From assembly GCA_017461395.1 (NCBI GenBank), contig JAFTYF010000025.1, positions 13,713 through 77,712 on the forward strand: DNA of 64,000 nt, in the 5' to 3' direction. The notes below the pieces were generated by a model. The model did not search any database. It was not told where the DNA came from and saw nothing but the letters and a program-made list of their open reading frames with translations. A program made the translations under genes and the position numbers. Numbering within the stretch: position 1 is the stretch's first letter; the number at the start of each line of letters is the position of its first letter. Shown here in pieces: positions 1 through 10,335 of this stretch. Source of the DNA: Ruminococcus sp. (lineage in GTDB: Bacteria > Bacillota > Clostridia > Oscillospirales > Ruminococcaceae).

Positions 1-167
1 GGAAAATCTTGTTTGTTACCCTTAGTAAACGGAAAATTTGTTATATAATACAAACTTTTTTAGTGCAAATGTTGCAATTGCTACTTTTTTTAGATTCCAT
101 TATATGTTATAATATAAATGTAATCAATTGGTGATTCAGAATTTTCCGGAAAAGAGGTAAAAATAAA

Positions 168-1328
168 ATGAAGAATATCACAAATACTATTTATTATATC
201 GGCGTAAACGATCACGAAATCGACCTTTTCGAGGGACTTTATGACGTTCCCAACGGAATGGCTTACAACTCATACGTTATCATGGACGAAAAAATTGCAG
301 TTATGGATACAGTTGACGTGCATTTCGGCGACGAGTGGCTTGCTAATCTTGAAGAAGTTCTTGCCGGAAAAATTCCGGATTATCTGATAGTTCAGCATAT
401 GGAGCCCGATCACTCTGCAAATATCGTGAAATTCATGGAGAAATATCCTACAGCTTCAATCGTCGGAAACTCTAAGACCTTCAACATGATGAAGCTTTTC
501 TTCGAGAATATCACTCTCGACGGCAGAACTGTTGAAGTCAAGGACGGCGAAAAGCTTTCCCTCGGAAATCATGAGCTTACTTTCGTTTTCGCACCTATGG
601 TTCACTGGCCGGAGGTTATGCTCACCTACGACAACACCGATAAGGTTCTTTTCTCCGCTGACGCTTTCGGTAAATTCGGCGCGCTCGACGCTGACGAGGA
701 CTGGGCCTGCGAGGCTCGCCGCTACTACTTCGGCATCGTCGGAAAGTACGGCGTTCAGGTTCAGGGTGTTCTGAAAAAGGCTTTTGCACTGGATATAAAT
801 ACTATCTGTCCGCTTCACGGACCGGTTCTCACCGAAAATCTCCCCTACTATCTTGACCTCTACAACACATGGTCAAGCTATGGCGTTGAGTCCGAGGGCG
901 TAATGATAGCATATACCTCCGTTTACGGCAATACAAAAAAAGCGGCTGAAATTCTTCGTGACAAGCTCACTGAAAAGGGCTGTCCTAAGGTAGTTTTCTG
1001 CGATCTTGCCCGTGAGGATATGGCAGAAGCAGTCGAGGATGCTTTCAGATACGGCAAGCTTGTTCTCGCAACCACAACATACAACGGCGATGTTTTCCCG
1101 TTTATGAAGCATTTTATCGGCGATCTCACAGAAAGAAATTACCAGAACCGTACTATCGGTCTTATCGAGAACGGCGCATGGGCACCTACAGCCGCAAAAA
1201 TCATGAAGGGTATGTTTGAAAAATCCAAAAATATCACATGGCTTGAAACTACAGTTACCGTCAAGGCTGGCGTTAAAACGGAAAATCTCGCTCAGATTGA
1301 AGCTATGGCGGACGAGCTGATGAAATAA
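168..1328 (+). CDS. fprA: FprA-family A-type flavoprotein (flavodiiron protein)
   Basis: Metallo-beta-lactamase-like di-iron motifs HMEPDH, HWPE, SADAFG, CPLHGP, followed by a flavodoxin domain (YTSVYGNT). Confidence 0.92.
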   Translation: MKNITNTIYYIGVNDHEIDLFEGLYDVPNGMAYNSYVIMDEKIAVMDTVDVHFGDEWLANLEEVLAGKIPDYLIVQHMEPDHSANIVKFMEKYPTASIVGNSKTFNMMKLFFENITLDGRTVEVKDGEKLSLGNHELTFVFAPMVHWPEVMLTYDNTDKVLFSADAFGKFGALDADEDWACEARRYYFGIVGKYGVQVQGVLKKAFALDINTICPLHGPVLTENLPYYLDLYNTWSSYGVESEGVMIAYTSVYGNTKKAAEILRDKLTEKGCPKVVFCDLAREDMAEAVEDAFRYGKLVLATTTYNGDVFPFMKHFIGDLTERNYQNRTIGLIENGAWAPTAAKIMKGMFEKSKNITWLETTVTVKAGVKTENLAQIEAMADELMK

Positions 1329-1341
1329 GAAGGGAGCAGAA

Positions 1342-1545
1342 ATGAAAGTTACGCTCAATCCTGACAAGGAAATTGTCGCAAGAATCAAGGAAGGTCTTGA
1401 AAAAAAAGACGGATACTGTCCGTGCCGTCTTGCAAAAACCCCCGAAAATAAATGTATGTGCAAGGAGTTCCGTGATCAGATAGCCGATCCCGAATTTGAG
1501 GGCTTCTGTCACTGTCTGCTTTACTATAAATCACTGGAGGATTAA
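1342..1545 (+). CDS. Ferredoxin:thioredoxin reductase catalytic-subunit-like protein
   Basis: 67 aa with CPC, CMC and CHC motifs spaced as in the FTR catalytic subunit; SD upstream; adjacent to thioredoxin. Confidence 0.8.
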   Translation: MKVTLNPDKEIVARIKEGLEKKDGYCPCRLAKTPENKCMCKEFRDQIADPEFEGFCHCLLYYKSLED

Positions 1546-1547
1546 TT

Positions 1548-1865
1548 ATGAAAGAGCTTGTTATTACTAAAGAAAATTTTGACGATGAGGTTCGCAATTA
1601 TCGTGGAATGCCCATTCTTCTGGATTTCTGGGCTGGCTGGTGCGGTCCGTGCATGATGCTTTCGCCGGTTATTGCCGAAATTGCTGAGGAATACGACGGA
1701 AAAATCAAGGTCGGAAAGGTTAACGTTGACGAACAGCCGGAGCTTGCCGCTGCTTTCAGAGTGGAGAGTATACCGCTTCTCGTCGTTGTCAAGGACGGAG
1801 CTATCACAGCGCAGACTGTCGGAGTTCGTCCGAAAGAGGACATCATAAAGATGATTGGTTTATAA
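1548..1865 (+). CDS. trxA: Thioredoxin
   Basis: DFWAGWCGPC active site, 105 aa, GGAGG SD. Confidence 0.95.
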   Translation: MKELVITKENFDDEVRNYRGMPILLDFWAGWCGPCMMLSPVIAEIAEEYDGKIKVGKVNVDEQPELAAAFRVESIPLLVVVKDGAITAQTVGVRPKEDIIKMIGL

Positions 1866-1880
1866 TAATACCGTTAATAA

Positions 1881-1946
1881 GTAGGGGCGCACCTGTGTGT
1901 GCCCTTTTAATTCGGAATGCGGGCAAACACATGGGTTCGCCCATAC
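1881..1946. repeat. Inverted pair of GTAG-type REP hairpins (REPIN-like)
   Basis: gtaggggcgcacctgtgtgtgccc (1881-1904) and inverted gggcaaacacatgggttcgcccatac (1921-1946), separated by ttttaattcggaatgc. Confidence 0.75.
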
Positions 1947-2024
1947 ATTTTTTCGACGACTATATATATAATCGCGCTGAATAACAAAAACAAAATCAGC
2001 GCATAATATATATGGGGTGATTTT

Positions 2025-2132
2025 ATGCTTAATTTCATTTTAGGCTCAATGTTCGGCGGTATAACAGGAGTTTTCGCAATGTGCCTGTGCGCTGCCGCAA
2101 AAAATGGCGATATTTACATGGATTCTCAATAA
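2025..2132 (+). CDS. Small hydrophobic protein, DUF3789-like (35 aa; not in ORF track)
   Basis: MLNFILGSMFGGITGVFAMCLCAAAKNGDIYMDSQ; ggggtga SD upstream; terminator directly downstream. Confidence 0.65.
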   Translation: MLNFILGSMFGGITGVFAMCLCAAAKNGDIYMDSQ

Positions 2133-2136
2133 AAAC

Positions 2137-2168
2137 AAAGGCGATACCGAAATGGTACCGCCTTTTTT
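2137..2168. terminator. Likely bidirectional intrinsic terminator between the small ORF and serS
   Basis: aaaggcgatacc-gaaat-ggtaccgccttt hairpin with A/T tracts on both sides, between convergent genes. Confidence 0.7.
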
Positions 2169-2172
2169 ACAT

Positions 2173-3498
2173 TTACTTTTTCTCAGGAACAGCAATAATT
2201 TCCTTACGCATATAAGGCTGGAGCGCCTTTGGAATTCTGATAGAACCATCCTCGTTGATGTTGTTTTCGAGGAAAGCAATGAGCATTCTCGGAGGAGCAA
2301 CAACAGTATTGTTGAGCGTATGTGCGAAATGCTTCTGCTTGTCGGGAGTCTTATACTTGATATTCAGACGGCGAGCCTGAGCGTCACCGAGATTTGAACA
2401 GCTTCCAACCTCGAAATACTTCTTCTGACGAGGTGACCACGCTTCGACGTCAATAGATTTAACCTTAAGATCAGCAAGATCTCCGGAACAACATTCGAGT
2501 GTACGAACAGGAATATCGAGTGTGCGGAAGAATTCAACCGTATAGCTGTAGAGCTTGTGGAACCAGTCCATACTTTCCTCCGGCTCGCAGACAACTATCA
2601 TTTCCTGCTTTTCAAACTGGTGGATACGGTAAACTCCCCTCTCCTCGATTCCGTGAGCGCCAACTTCCTTACGGAAACAGGGAGAATAGCTTGTGAGAGT
2701 CTTGGGAAGCTCGTTCTGAGGAATGATAGTGTCGATGAACTTGCCTATCATTGAGTGCTCAGAAGTACCAATGAGGTAGAGATCCTCGCCCTCGATCTTA
2801 TACATCATTCCCTCCATTTCAGCGAAGCTCATAACGCCTGTAACAACATCGCTGCGGATCATAAACGGCGGAATATAGTATGTGAAGCCCTTGTCGATCA
2901 TGAAATCTCTTGCGTAGGAAAGGATGCAGCTCTGAAGCTGAGCGATGTCGCCGCAGAGGTAATAGAAGCCGTTTCCACTTGTCTTTCTTGCGCTGTCGAG
3001 GTCAATTCCGTTGACTTTTTCCATAATGTCAACATGGTATGGAACCTCAAAATCCGGAACGAAAGGCTCACCGAACTTCTCAACTTCAACGTTTTCGCTG
3101 TCATCCTTACCAATCGGAACGCTGTCGTCGATGATATTCGGGATAACAAGCATCATATTGCGGATTTCCTCGTTAAGCTTAGCTTCAATTTCCTCAAGCT
3201 CAGCACGTCTTTTGTCGATTTCCTCGATCTCAGCGGTAAGCTTCTCAACGTTAGCGAGTGCCTCAGCCTTAGCAGCCTCGTCGTCGGATTTATTAATAAT
3301 AGCCTTGTACTTTCCGAACTCCTTGCTCTTTAAATTCTTCTGATTACGGAGATCGTCACCCTCAGACTTTGCCTTTCTGCACTGTTCATCGAATTCGATA
3401 ACCTTGTCTACGAGTTCGATTTTTTCATCCTGAAACTTCTTTTTGATATTTTCCTTTACGATATCAGGATTTGTTCTCAAAAACTTAATGTCAATCAT
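2173..3498 (-). CDS. serS: Serine--tRNA ligase
   Basis: N-terminal coiled-coil arm, class II motifs FRKE..AHG and HQFEKQE, HTLNNT. Confidence 0.97.
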   Translation of the reverse strand: MIDIKFLRTNPDIVKENIKKKFQDEKIELVDKVIEFDEQCRKAKSEGDDLRNQKNLKSKEFGKYKAIINKSDDEAAKAEALANVEKLTAEIEEIDKRRAELEEIEAKLNEEIRNMMLVIPNIIDDSVPIGKDDSENVEVEKFGEPFVPDFEVPYHVDIMEKVNGIDLDSARKTSGNGFYYLCGDIAQLQSCILSYARDFMIDKGFTYYIPPFMIRSDVVTGVMSFAEMEGMMYKIEGEDLYLIGTSEHSMIGKFIDTIIPQNELPKTLTSYSPCFRKEVGAHGIEERGVYRIHQFEKQEMIVVCEPEESMDWFHKLYSYTVEFFRTLDIPVRTLECCSGDLADLKVKSIDVEAWSPRQKKYFEVGSCSNLGDAQARRLNIKYKTPDKQKHFAHTLNNTVVAPPRMLIAFLENNINEDGSIRIPKALQPYMRKEIIAVPEKK

Positions 3499-3518
3499 TT
3501 TACTAACTCCTTAAAATA

Positions 3519-4370
3519 TTATTCTTCTGTAAGCTTTTCAGCAATTGCGGCAAGGTCTTCCTTGTCGTAGAATTCTAGTATAAGCGCACCCTTGTTTTTC
3601 CCGTAATCGACTTTGACTTTTCTGCCAAGACGTTCATTGAGGGAAAGCTCCATTTCCTTGAAATAGTTGTCGATTTTTTTGTCAGATTTTTCGGGCAGAA
3701 CTTCCTCCGAATCAGCATATTTTTGAGCTGCCTTTTCTACTTGACGAACAGTAAGTCCGCCGTCGGATGCTTTCACCGCCATAGCGATAAGAAGCTCCTC
3801 ATCGTCCTCAAATCCGAGGAGCGCACGTCCGTGACCTGCCGATATATCGCCGTTTTCGAGCATTTTGATTACACGCTCAGGAAGCGCAAGAAGTCTGACT
3901 GCATTAGCGACAGCCGAGCGTGATCTTCCCACCATTTTCGCCACTTTATCCTGAGTCATGCCGAAATTTTCGATAAGCTCATTGTATCCCGATGCTTCTT
4001 CAATGGGATTAAGATTTTCACGCTGAAGATTCTCAATAATAGCGATCTGCATCGTTTCCATGTCAGAAAGCTCACGGATATTTACAGGAACCTCGTCCAG
4101 ACCGAGCATTCTTGCGGCACGCCATCTTCTCTCGCCTGCAACTATCTGATAACCGCCTGTACTGAGCGGTCTGACAAGAATTGGCTGGAGCATACCATGT
4201 TCCTGAATGGAATCAGCGAGAGCGGTGATAGCTTCGTCGCTAAAATTCTTTCTTGGCTGATTCCGATTCGGTTCAATTTCGGAAATACGGAGCGTTTTTT
4301 TCACCTGAATATCGCTGGTATTGTCCTCAAAAAGCGAATCGAGACCATTTCCTAAACCACCAATAGCCAT
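3519..4370 (-). CDS. parB: Chromosome partitioning protein ParB/Spo0J
   Basis: NRNQPRKNF, AGERRWRA CTPase motif, ENLQRENL, HTH GRSRSAVANAVRLL; downstream of parA. Confidence 0.95.
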   Translation of the reverse strand: MAIGGLGNGLDSLFEDNTSDIQVKKTLRISEIEPNRNQPRKNFSDEAITALADSIQEHGMLQPILVRPLSTGGYQIVAGERRWRAARMLGLDEVPVNIRELSDMETMQIAIIENLQRENLNPIEEASGYNELIENFGMTQDKVAKMVGRSRSAVANAVRLLALPERVIKMLENGDISAGHGRALLGFEDDEELLIAMAVKASDGGLTVRQVEKAAQKYADSEEVLPEKSDKKIDNYFKEMELSLNERLGRKVKVDYGKNKGALILEFYDKEDLAAIAEKLTEE

Positions 4371-4384
4371 ATTTTACTCCTTTC

Positions 4385-5197
4385 TCAGGATTTTTTGAAA
4401 GTAAAAATTCCTCGTCTTTTTTTCTGCGGAAGCACCATTTCCTCGCCAAGAATCTCATGGCAAAGCAATTCATACGACTCAGCGCCCTTAGAGTTTTTGT
4501 CGTAGTACATAACGGGTTTTCCGTGGCTGGGAGCCTCAGAGATTCTTACATTTCTCGGAATTTTCGTCTTGAACACCTTATTCGGGAAATATTTTTCCAC
4601 CTCGGAAACCACATCATTCGCAACGTTAAGACGAGCGTCGAACATAGTAAAGAGGATTCCCTCAATATCAAGCGACGGATTGTAATTATTTTTTACAATT
4701 TTAATCGTATTAACGAGCTGAGAGAGTCCTTCCAGAGCGTAAAATTCCGCAAGCATGGGAACGAGGATTGTGTCACACGCAACAAGGTTGTTGATCGTGA
4801 TAAGTCCGAGTGCCGGAGGGCAGTCAATGAGAATGTAATCGTAATCGAGCTTGCAGGTGAGGAGCTGCATTTTCATGCGGTTCATCCTGTTTTCATAGCT
4901 GACAAGCTCAACCTCACAGCCGGCAAGACTTTCCGTTGCAGGAAGCAGAGATACATTCTTGAAATCGGTATGGATCACGGCATCCTGAATACGGGTTTTT
5001 CCCGTTATTACGTCATATGTCGAAGCTTTAACGGATTTTTTCTTTATACCAAAGCCAGTGGTTGTGTTTCCCTGAGGATCAGAATCTATGCAAAGAACCT
5101 TAAAATCTCGGGAACCCAGATAAGCAGCGATATTCACAACGGTTGTTGATTTACCGACGCCGCCCTTCTGGTTAGCCACAGCGATAATTTTTCCCAT
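4385..5197 (-). CDS. parA: ParA/Soj ATPase
   Basis: Deviant Walker A NQKGGVGKST, DCPP, PRNVRISEAPSHG. Confidence 0.95.
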   Translation of the reverse strand: MGKIIAVANQKGGVGKSTTVVNIAAYLGSRDFKVLCIDSDPQGNTTTGFGIKKKSVKASTYDVITGKTRIQDAVIHTDFKNVSLLPATESLAGCEVELVSYENRMNRMKMQLLTCKLDYDYILIDCPPALGLITINNLVACDTILVPMLAEFYALEGLSQLVNTIKIVKNNYNPSLDIEGILFTMFDARLNVANDVVSEVEKYFPNKVFKTKIPRNVRISEAPSHGKPVMYYDKNSKGAESYELLCHEILGEEMVLPQKKRRGIFTFKKS

Positions 5198-5287
5198 GAA
5201 ATCTTCCTTTCATTTTTTATACTACTATTATAGCACGTTTCGGTCTAAATGTAAATAAAAATCGGAAATTTTTTCGCAGAAAAAAAT

Positions 5288-5303
5288 TGTTTCACATGAA
5301 ACA
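5288..5303. other. parS site 1
   Basis: TGTTTCACATGAAACA, 1 mismatch to the Firmicute parS palindrome TGTTTCACGTGAAACA. Confidence 0.88.
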
Positions 5304-5312
5304 ATCAGAAAA

Positions 5313-5328
5313 TGTTTCACGTGAAACA
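5313..5328. other. parS site 2
   Basis: Perfect TGTTTCACGTGAAACA. Confidence 0.93.
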
Positions 5329-5336
5329 ATTTGAAC

Positions 5337-6155
5337 TTATGATTTCTTCTGAATCGGAATTCTCACACGATATTCAATGTAATCTTCATTCTGAATTTTC
5401 CTTGAATCGGCAGAAATTCCAGCCGCCTGCATAGTTTCAACAGCCTTATTTATCGTATTTACAAACATTTTTACATTCTGAAACACTTTTGAGCGCTTTT
5501 TATAGCTTGCTCTTTCCTTCTGCAGCCCTATAAAATCATCAATAAGGCGCTCGGATTTCTCGACATTAAGATTATGTTTAATGATTTTATCAAGAATTGT
5601 AAGGCGTTCCTCCGGACTTGCAAGCTTCAGAAGTGCTCGTGCATGACGCTCTGTAAGATTGAATTTCATAATGAGATCACGTTCTTCCGGAGTAATTCGC
5701 AGCAGACGCAGCTTGTTTGCGACGGTACTTTGTGCTTTTCCAAGCTTTGCTGCGGCATCCTCCTGAGTCATTCCATAATATGTAATCAATTTTTCAATTG
5801 CAATTGCCTCCTCGAAAAAAGAAAGATCCTGCCGCTGAATATTTTCTACAAGAGCCAAAATTGCTGAATTTCTATCATTGATCTCATGAACGATGCACGG
5901 AACCGACGTAAAACCGCATAATTTTGCTGCACGAAGCCGCCTTTCACCCGCAATTAGCTCGTATTTATCCTTAAATCGACGTACCGAAAGCGGTTGAAGA
6001 ATCCCATTTTGCGAAATTGATTCAGCAAGCGCTGCAATCTCATTTGAAGGAAACATTTTCCTCGGCTGATGTGGATTCGGTAAAATCAGCTTTGTTTCAA
6101 TTTCGATTACTTTATTTATTGACTTTTCCTTTGTAAAATTCAAAAATCCTGCCAT
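5337..6155 (-). CDS. noc: ParB-family nucleoid-occlusion (Noc-like) protein
   Basis: AGERRLRAA, GKAQSTVANKLRLL; position between rsmG and soj matches B. subtilis noc. Confidence 0.75.
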   Translation of the reverse strand: MAGFLNFTKEKSINKVIEIETKLILPNPHQPRKMFPSNEIAALAESISQNGILQPLSVRRFKDKYELIAGERRLRAAKLCGFTSVPCIVHEINDRNSAILALVENIQRQDLSFFEEAIAIEKLITYYGMTQEDAAAKLGKAQSTVANKLRLLRITPEERDLIMKFNLTERHARALLKLASPEERLTILDKIIKHNLNVEKSERLIDDFIGLQKERASYKKRSKVFQNVKMFVNTINKAVETMQAAGISADSRKIQNEDYIEYRVRIPIQKKS

Positions 6156-6230
6156 AATTTTTACCTCAAATATGTACTTGGGCTAACCCTGTAAGTATAT
6201 TTTAGCATTTTCGGGAAATAATTACTACAC

Positions 6231-6264
6231 AAAAAAATCGACAGTCTTATACAAAACTGTCGAT
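6231..6264 (-). terminator. Intrinsic terminator after rsmG
   Basis: atcgacagt/actgtcgat 9-bp inverted repeat followed on the minus strand by a T7 tract. Confidence 0.65.
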
Positions 6265-6287
6265 AATTTCGCTGTAAATAGGCAAAA

Positions 6288-6992
6288 TCAAAGTGGCTTC
6301 TTCTTAATTTGACCGCTGTTGCGCGGATATTTTGTCGCAGTTTGCGATATTTTTTTTATTTCGATTATTCTGCGATTTTCATTTTCAAGCTCATAAATTG
6401 TTTCACATGAAACAATTCCTCCAAGTGTTTTAATTGCTTTTCCAGCAAGAGTTAAATCCTCATTAGGACCTTTCATAGCTATAAAACGACCGCCAACACG
6501 CACAAAAGGAATACAAAACTCGCTGAGAGTGGACAAATTTGCAACAGCACGAGCACACGATATATCAAATTTTTCGCGATATTCTGGCATTTTTGCAATA
6601 TCTTCAGCTCTGCCATGAACGAATTTCGCTTCAATTTCAAGCTTATCACAAAGCTTTTTTAGAAATTCGATTCTTTTGTTAAGACTATCGAGGAGAGTAA
6701 TTTTCAGCTCCGGAAGAAAAATTTTCAGCGGAACAGAGGGAAATCCGGCGCCTGTCCCAACATCAATAAGCGTTTCATTTCCGGAAAAATCAGCGTATTT
6801 GCACATTAAAATACTGTCAATAAAATGTTTATAGAGTATGTCAACAGGGTCAGTAATAGCCGTCAGATTGATATAATTATTGTATTCAATCAGAAAATCA
6901 CAGTAAATTCCGAGCTTTTTATGAGCATTTTCGGTAAGTTCAAGCCCGTATTTACTGAATTCTTTGCTGCAAAAATCAAAATCAGGAAGCAT
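6288..6992 (-). CDS. rsmG: 16S rRNA m7G527 methyltransferase
   Basis: [15 protein letters not shown] motif, SCARAVA; start moved to ATG 6992 (SD aaggggg); ORF track starts at 7016. Confidence 0.93.
   Translation of the reverse strand: MLPDFDFCSKEFSKYGLELTENAHKKLGIYCDFLIEYNNYINLTAITDPVDILYKHFIDSILMCKYADFSGNETLIDVGTGAGFPSVPLKIFLPELKITLLDSLNKRIEFLKKLCDKLEIEAKFVHGRAEDIAKMPEYREKFDISCARAVANLSTLSEFCIPFVRVGGRFIAMKGPNEDLTLAGKAIKTLGGIVSCETIYELENENRRIIEIKKISQTATKYPRNSGQIKKKPL
6399..6414. other. parS site 3 (inside rsmG)
   Basis: TGTTTCACATGAAACA, encoding VSCET on the minus strand. Confidence 0.8.
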
Positions 6993-8871
6993 TTTCATCC
7001 CCCTTTCGATGTTCAAGCCAAACTGTAAGAAGTGAAATGTCTGCCGGTGATACGCCAGAAATTCTCGATGCCTGACCTATCGAAGCCGGCTGAACCTTGT
7101 TAAGCTTCTCAACAGCCTCCAATCTCAATCCATAAACATCATTATAATCAGTACCAGCCGGTAATTTTTTAGATTCCAGTTTGCGAATCGCATCAATCTG
7201 CGCCAACTGCTTTGAAATATACCCCTCATATTTGATCTGAAGCTCCACCTGTTCGCAAATTTCTGCGGAAAGCTCAGGTCTGTCGGGATCAAAAGGCGCC
7301 AGCATACCGTAACCAAGCTGCGGTCTGCGAATAAGATCAGCAAGCTTGAATCCGGAATTTATCGGCGCTGTATGATTTTCTTCAAGAAAAGCGTTTAATT
7401 TTGGAGACGGAGCAATATTCAGTGCTGAAACTCGCTTGATTTCTTGTTTGGTGAGCTCAATTTTATTAAGTAATTTCTGATATCTTTTCTCCGAAATAAG
7501 CCCAATTTTATGCCCTATCGGAGAAAGCCGCTGATCTGCGTTGTCCTGACGTAAAATAAGGCGATATTCGCTTCGTGAAGTCATCATTCGGTAAGGATCT
7601 GAACATCCTTTTGTCACGAGATCGTCAATGAGCGTACCAGTATACGAGCTTGCTCTGTCGAGAATCATCGGCGCTTTTCCACGAATTTTCAATGCTGCAT
7701 TGATTCCGGCGACAAGTCCCTGAGCAGCAGCTTCCTCGTAACCTGAGCTTCCGTTGAATTGTCCGGCACCATAAAGTCCGGAGATTTTCTTAAATTCCAA
7801 CGTCTGCGAAAGCTGAACCGGATCACAGCAGTCATACTCTATTGCATAAGCCGGCCGCATAATCTCAACGTCCTCCAACCCCTCAATTGTTCGCAGAAAC
7901 GCGAGCTGCACATCCTCCGGCAGCGAAGATGACATTCCCTGTAAATAGTATTCTTCCGTTGAAAGCCCCATCGGTTCAACGAACAGCTGATGTCTTGGCT
8001 TATCTGAAAATCTGACTATTTTGTCCTCGATAGAAGGACAGTATCTCGGCCCAACTCCCTCTATCCTTCCTGCATATAAAGGTGATCTGTCAAGGTTTGA
8101 AAGTATAATTTCGTGGGTATTACTATTTGTATAAGTTACATAACAGCTCACAATATTTTCAAGTCCCTCTGTCGAGGTTTCAAAAGAAAAAGGAACTATA
8201 TTTTCATCGCCATCTTGCCTTTCCATAATATCAAAATTGATACTTCTCTTGTTGACACGACAAGGAGTTCCTGTCTTAAAACGACGAAGTTCAACTCCAT
8301 TTTTGATGAGACTTTCGGATAAATAAGTGCTTGGAAGTGACGAATCAGGACCGCTTTCAAAGGAAGCCTCACCAATATGAATCTTGCCTTTGAGGTAAGT
8401 TCCTGTAGCAATAATAACCGCCTTTACTCCATATTCAGCTCCGAGGGATGTCCTCACACCAGAAATTCTTCCACTTTCTACGATAATTTCCGAAACCTCA
8501 GCCTGTTTCACAAAGAGATTTTTCTGTTTTTCGCAGACATTTTTCATGTATTCATGGTATTTCATTCTGTCCGCCTGCACTCTTAGACTATGGACAGCAG
8601 GTCCTTTTCCACGATTCAGCATACGACTTTGGATGAAACATTTATCCGCTGCCTTACCCATTTCGCCGCCAAGAGCGTCGATCTCACGGACAAGATGCCC
8701 CTTCGCAGTGCCGCCAATCGACGGATTACAGGGCATATTAGCAATCTGATCGAGTGAAATCGTAAACATTACCGTTTTGCATCCGAGTCGTGCAGAAGCA
8801 AGAGCCGCCTCAACTCCGGCATGACCAGCACCAACAACAGCAACATCAAAATCTCCCATTTTATAATTCAA
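6982..8871 (-). CDS. mnmG: tRNA uridine-5-carboxymethylaminomethyl modification enzyme MnmG (GidA)
   Basis: [14 protein letters not shown] motif, [36 protein letters not shown]. Confidence 0.97.
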   Translation of the reverse strand: MNYKMGDFDVAVVGAGHAGVEAALASARLGCKTVMFTISLDQIANMPCNPSIGGTAKGHLVREIDALGGEMGKAADKCFIQSRMLNRGKGPAVHSLRVQADRMKYHEYMKNVCEKQKNLFVKQAEVSEIIVESGRISGVRTSLGAEYGVKAVIIATGTYLKGKIHIGEASFESGPDSSLPSTYLSESLIKNGVELRRFKTGTPCRVNKRSINFDIMERQDGDENIVPFSFETSTEGLENIVSCYVTYTNSNTHEIILSNLDRSPLYAGRIEGVGPRYCPSIEDKIVRFSDKPRHQLFVEPMGLSTEEYYLQGMSSSLPEDVQLAFLRTIEGLEDVEIMRPAYAIEYDCCDPVQLSQTLEFKKISGLYGAGQFNGSSGYEEAAAQGLVAGINAALKIRGKAPMILDRASSYTGTLIDDLVTKGCSDPYRMMTSRSEYRLILRQDNADQRLSPIGHKIGLISEKRYQKLLNKIELTKQEIKRVSALNIAPSPKLNAFLEENHTAPINSGFKLADLIRRPQLGYGMLAPFDPDRPELSAEICEQVELQIKYEGYISKQLAQIDAIRKLESKKLPAGTDYNDVYGLRLEAVEKLNKVQPASIGQASRISGVSPADISLLTVWLEHRKGDENAS

Positions 8872-8889
8872 ACCTATCCCTCATTTCAT

Positions 8890-8905
8890 TGTTTCACGTG
8901 AAACA
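8890..8905. other. parS site 4
   Basis: Perfect TGTTTCACGTGAAACA between mnmE and mnmG. Confidence 0.93.
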
Positions 8906-10276
8906 TTATTTTCCGACGCAGAAGCGTGAGAATACATTATCGACAACCGCATTTGTGATTCTCTCTCCGGTCAGTTCAAGGAGATGTTGTTCTGCTTCGT
9001 CAATAAGAACATTCACCGCATCGAGTAATTCCCCTGAATTTATCGCCTCAATAGAATTATCCACGAACATCAGAGCAGAATCTATACATCTTTTCTGACG
9101 CTCATTTGCAGCGCATACTGAATTTACAGTACTCTCGTTTATCGAAAATATGTTCTCTATTTCCTCACGAAGCTTTTCAATTCCTGTATTTTCCTTAGCA
9201 GAAAGATATACTAAATGTATAAATTCTTTGCTAAGAATCTCATCCTCTATTACAGATTCTTCATCACTTTTATTAATTACAGCAACGCAGTTCATTCCAC
9301 GAATTTTATCAATAAGCGAATAATCGTCCTCACTGAGCGGACAGCTTCCGTCAAAAACTGCAATTACAAGCTCGGCGGACTGCGCCGTTTTTTCAGCGAT
9401 TCCGATTCCGATTCCCTCTATCACATCGTCCGTCTGGTGTATTCCAGCCGTATCAGAAAGCCTCAGCACGATATCCCCGAGGCTTACGGTCTCCTCGATA
9501 ACGTCACGGGTAGTGCCGGCAATATTCGTCACGATACTTCTCTCGCATCCGCTTAGACAATTGAAAAGCGTTGATTTTCCGACGTTTGGTCTGCCAACGA
9601 TAGCCGTAGATATTCCCTCACGGAGAATCCTTCCGCAGTCGTAATTCTCGACCAGAGAGGACAATTTTCCCCTCACATCGGTCAGATCTTTTATCAGATT
9701 TTCCGGCTCTACAGCAGGGATATCCTCCTCCGGATAATCCGCCCATGCAGCAAGATCACCGAGAATACGAACCAGTATATCAGAGCAAGCCTTTGCGCGT
9801 TTGAATGCCGCTCCCTCACGAAGATTTTCCGCCATTTTAAGCTCTCTTTCGCCCTTTGCGGAAATAATTTCCATGACCGCCTCAGCCTGCGTCAGGTCAA
9901 GCTTTCCGTTGAGATAAGCTCTTTTCGTGAACTCGCCGGGCTGTGCTGGTTCGGCACCATTTTTGAAAATCGTTCTGAGAATTCTGCGTGTAACATAAAT
10001 TCCGCCGTGACATGAAAGCTCAGCTGTATTTTCTCCGGTATAGCTGTGCGGTGCACGGAAAATCGTCAGAATACAGTCATCAATTCTCTCTCCGCCGTCG
10101 TGAGCGATGCCGTATGCGCAGGTATATCCATCCATGTCGGAGACCTTTTTTCCGCCGTATGGGGTAAAGATTTTTTCCGCAACGCTGACCGCATCCTCGC
10201 CGGATATCCTTATAACAGCAATTCCTCCCGTAGAATCAGGAGTAGAAATTGCAGCGATAGTTGACAAAATAATCAC
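8906..10276 (-). CDS. mnmE: tRNA modification GTPase MnmE (TrmE)
   Basis: GRPNVGKS, IAGTTRD, DTAG, NKSD, C-terminal FCVGK. Confidence 0.97.
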   Translation of the reverse strand: MIILSTIAAISTPDSTGGIAVIRISGEDAVSVAEKIFTPYGGKKVSDMDGYTCAYGIAHDGGERIDDCILTIFRAPHSYTGENTAELSCHGGIYVTRRILRTIFKNGAEPAQPGEFTKRAYLNGKLDLTQAEAVMEIISAKGERELKMAENLREGAAFKRAKACSDILVRILGDLAAWADYPEEDIPAVEPENLIKDLTDVRGKLSSLVENYDCGRILREGISTAIVGRPNVGKSTLFNCLSGCERSIVTNIAGTTRDVIEETVSLGDIVLRLSDTAGIHQTDDVIEGIGIGIAEKTAQSAELVIAVFDGSCPLSEDDYSLIDKIRGMNCVAVINKSDEESVIEDEILSKEFIHLVYLSAKENTGIEKLREEIENIFSINESTVNSVCAANERQKRCIDSALMFVDNSIEAINSGELLDAVNVLIDEAEQHLLELTGERITNAVVDNVFSRFCVGK

Positions 10277-10335
10277 TTCCTAAAAAGGCAGCAGAGCACA
10301 AAATTTGTGCAGTGCTGCCGTATGTTCAATATGAA

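Noticed and set aside
6237-6264. Pair of Spo0A boxes upstream of noc
   Set aside because: The TGTCGAT half-sites form a stem followed by a T tract just after rsmG, which is better explained as a terminator
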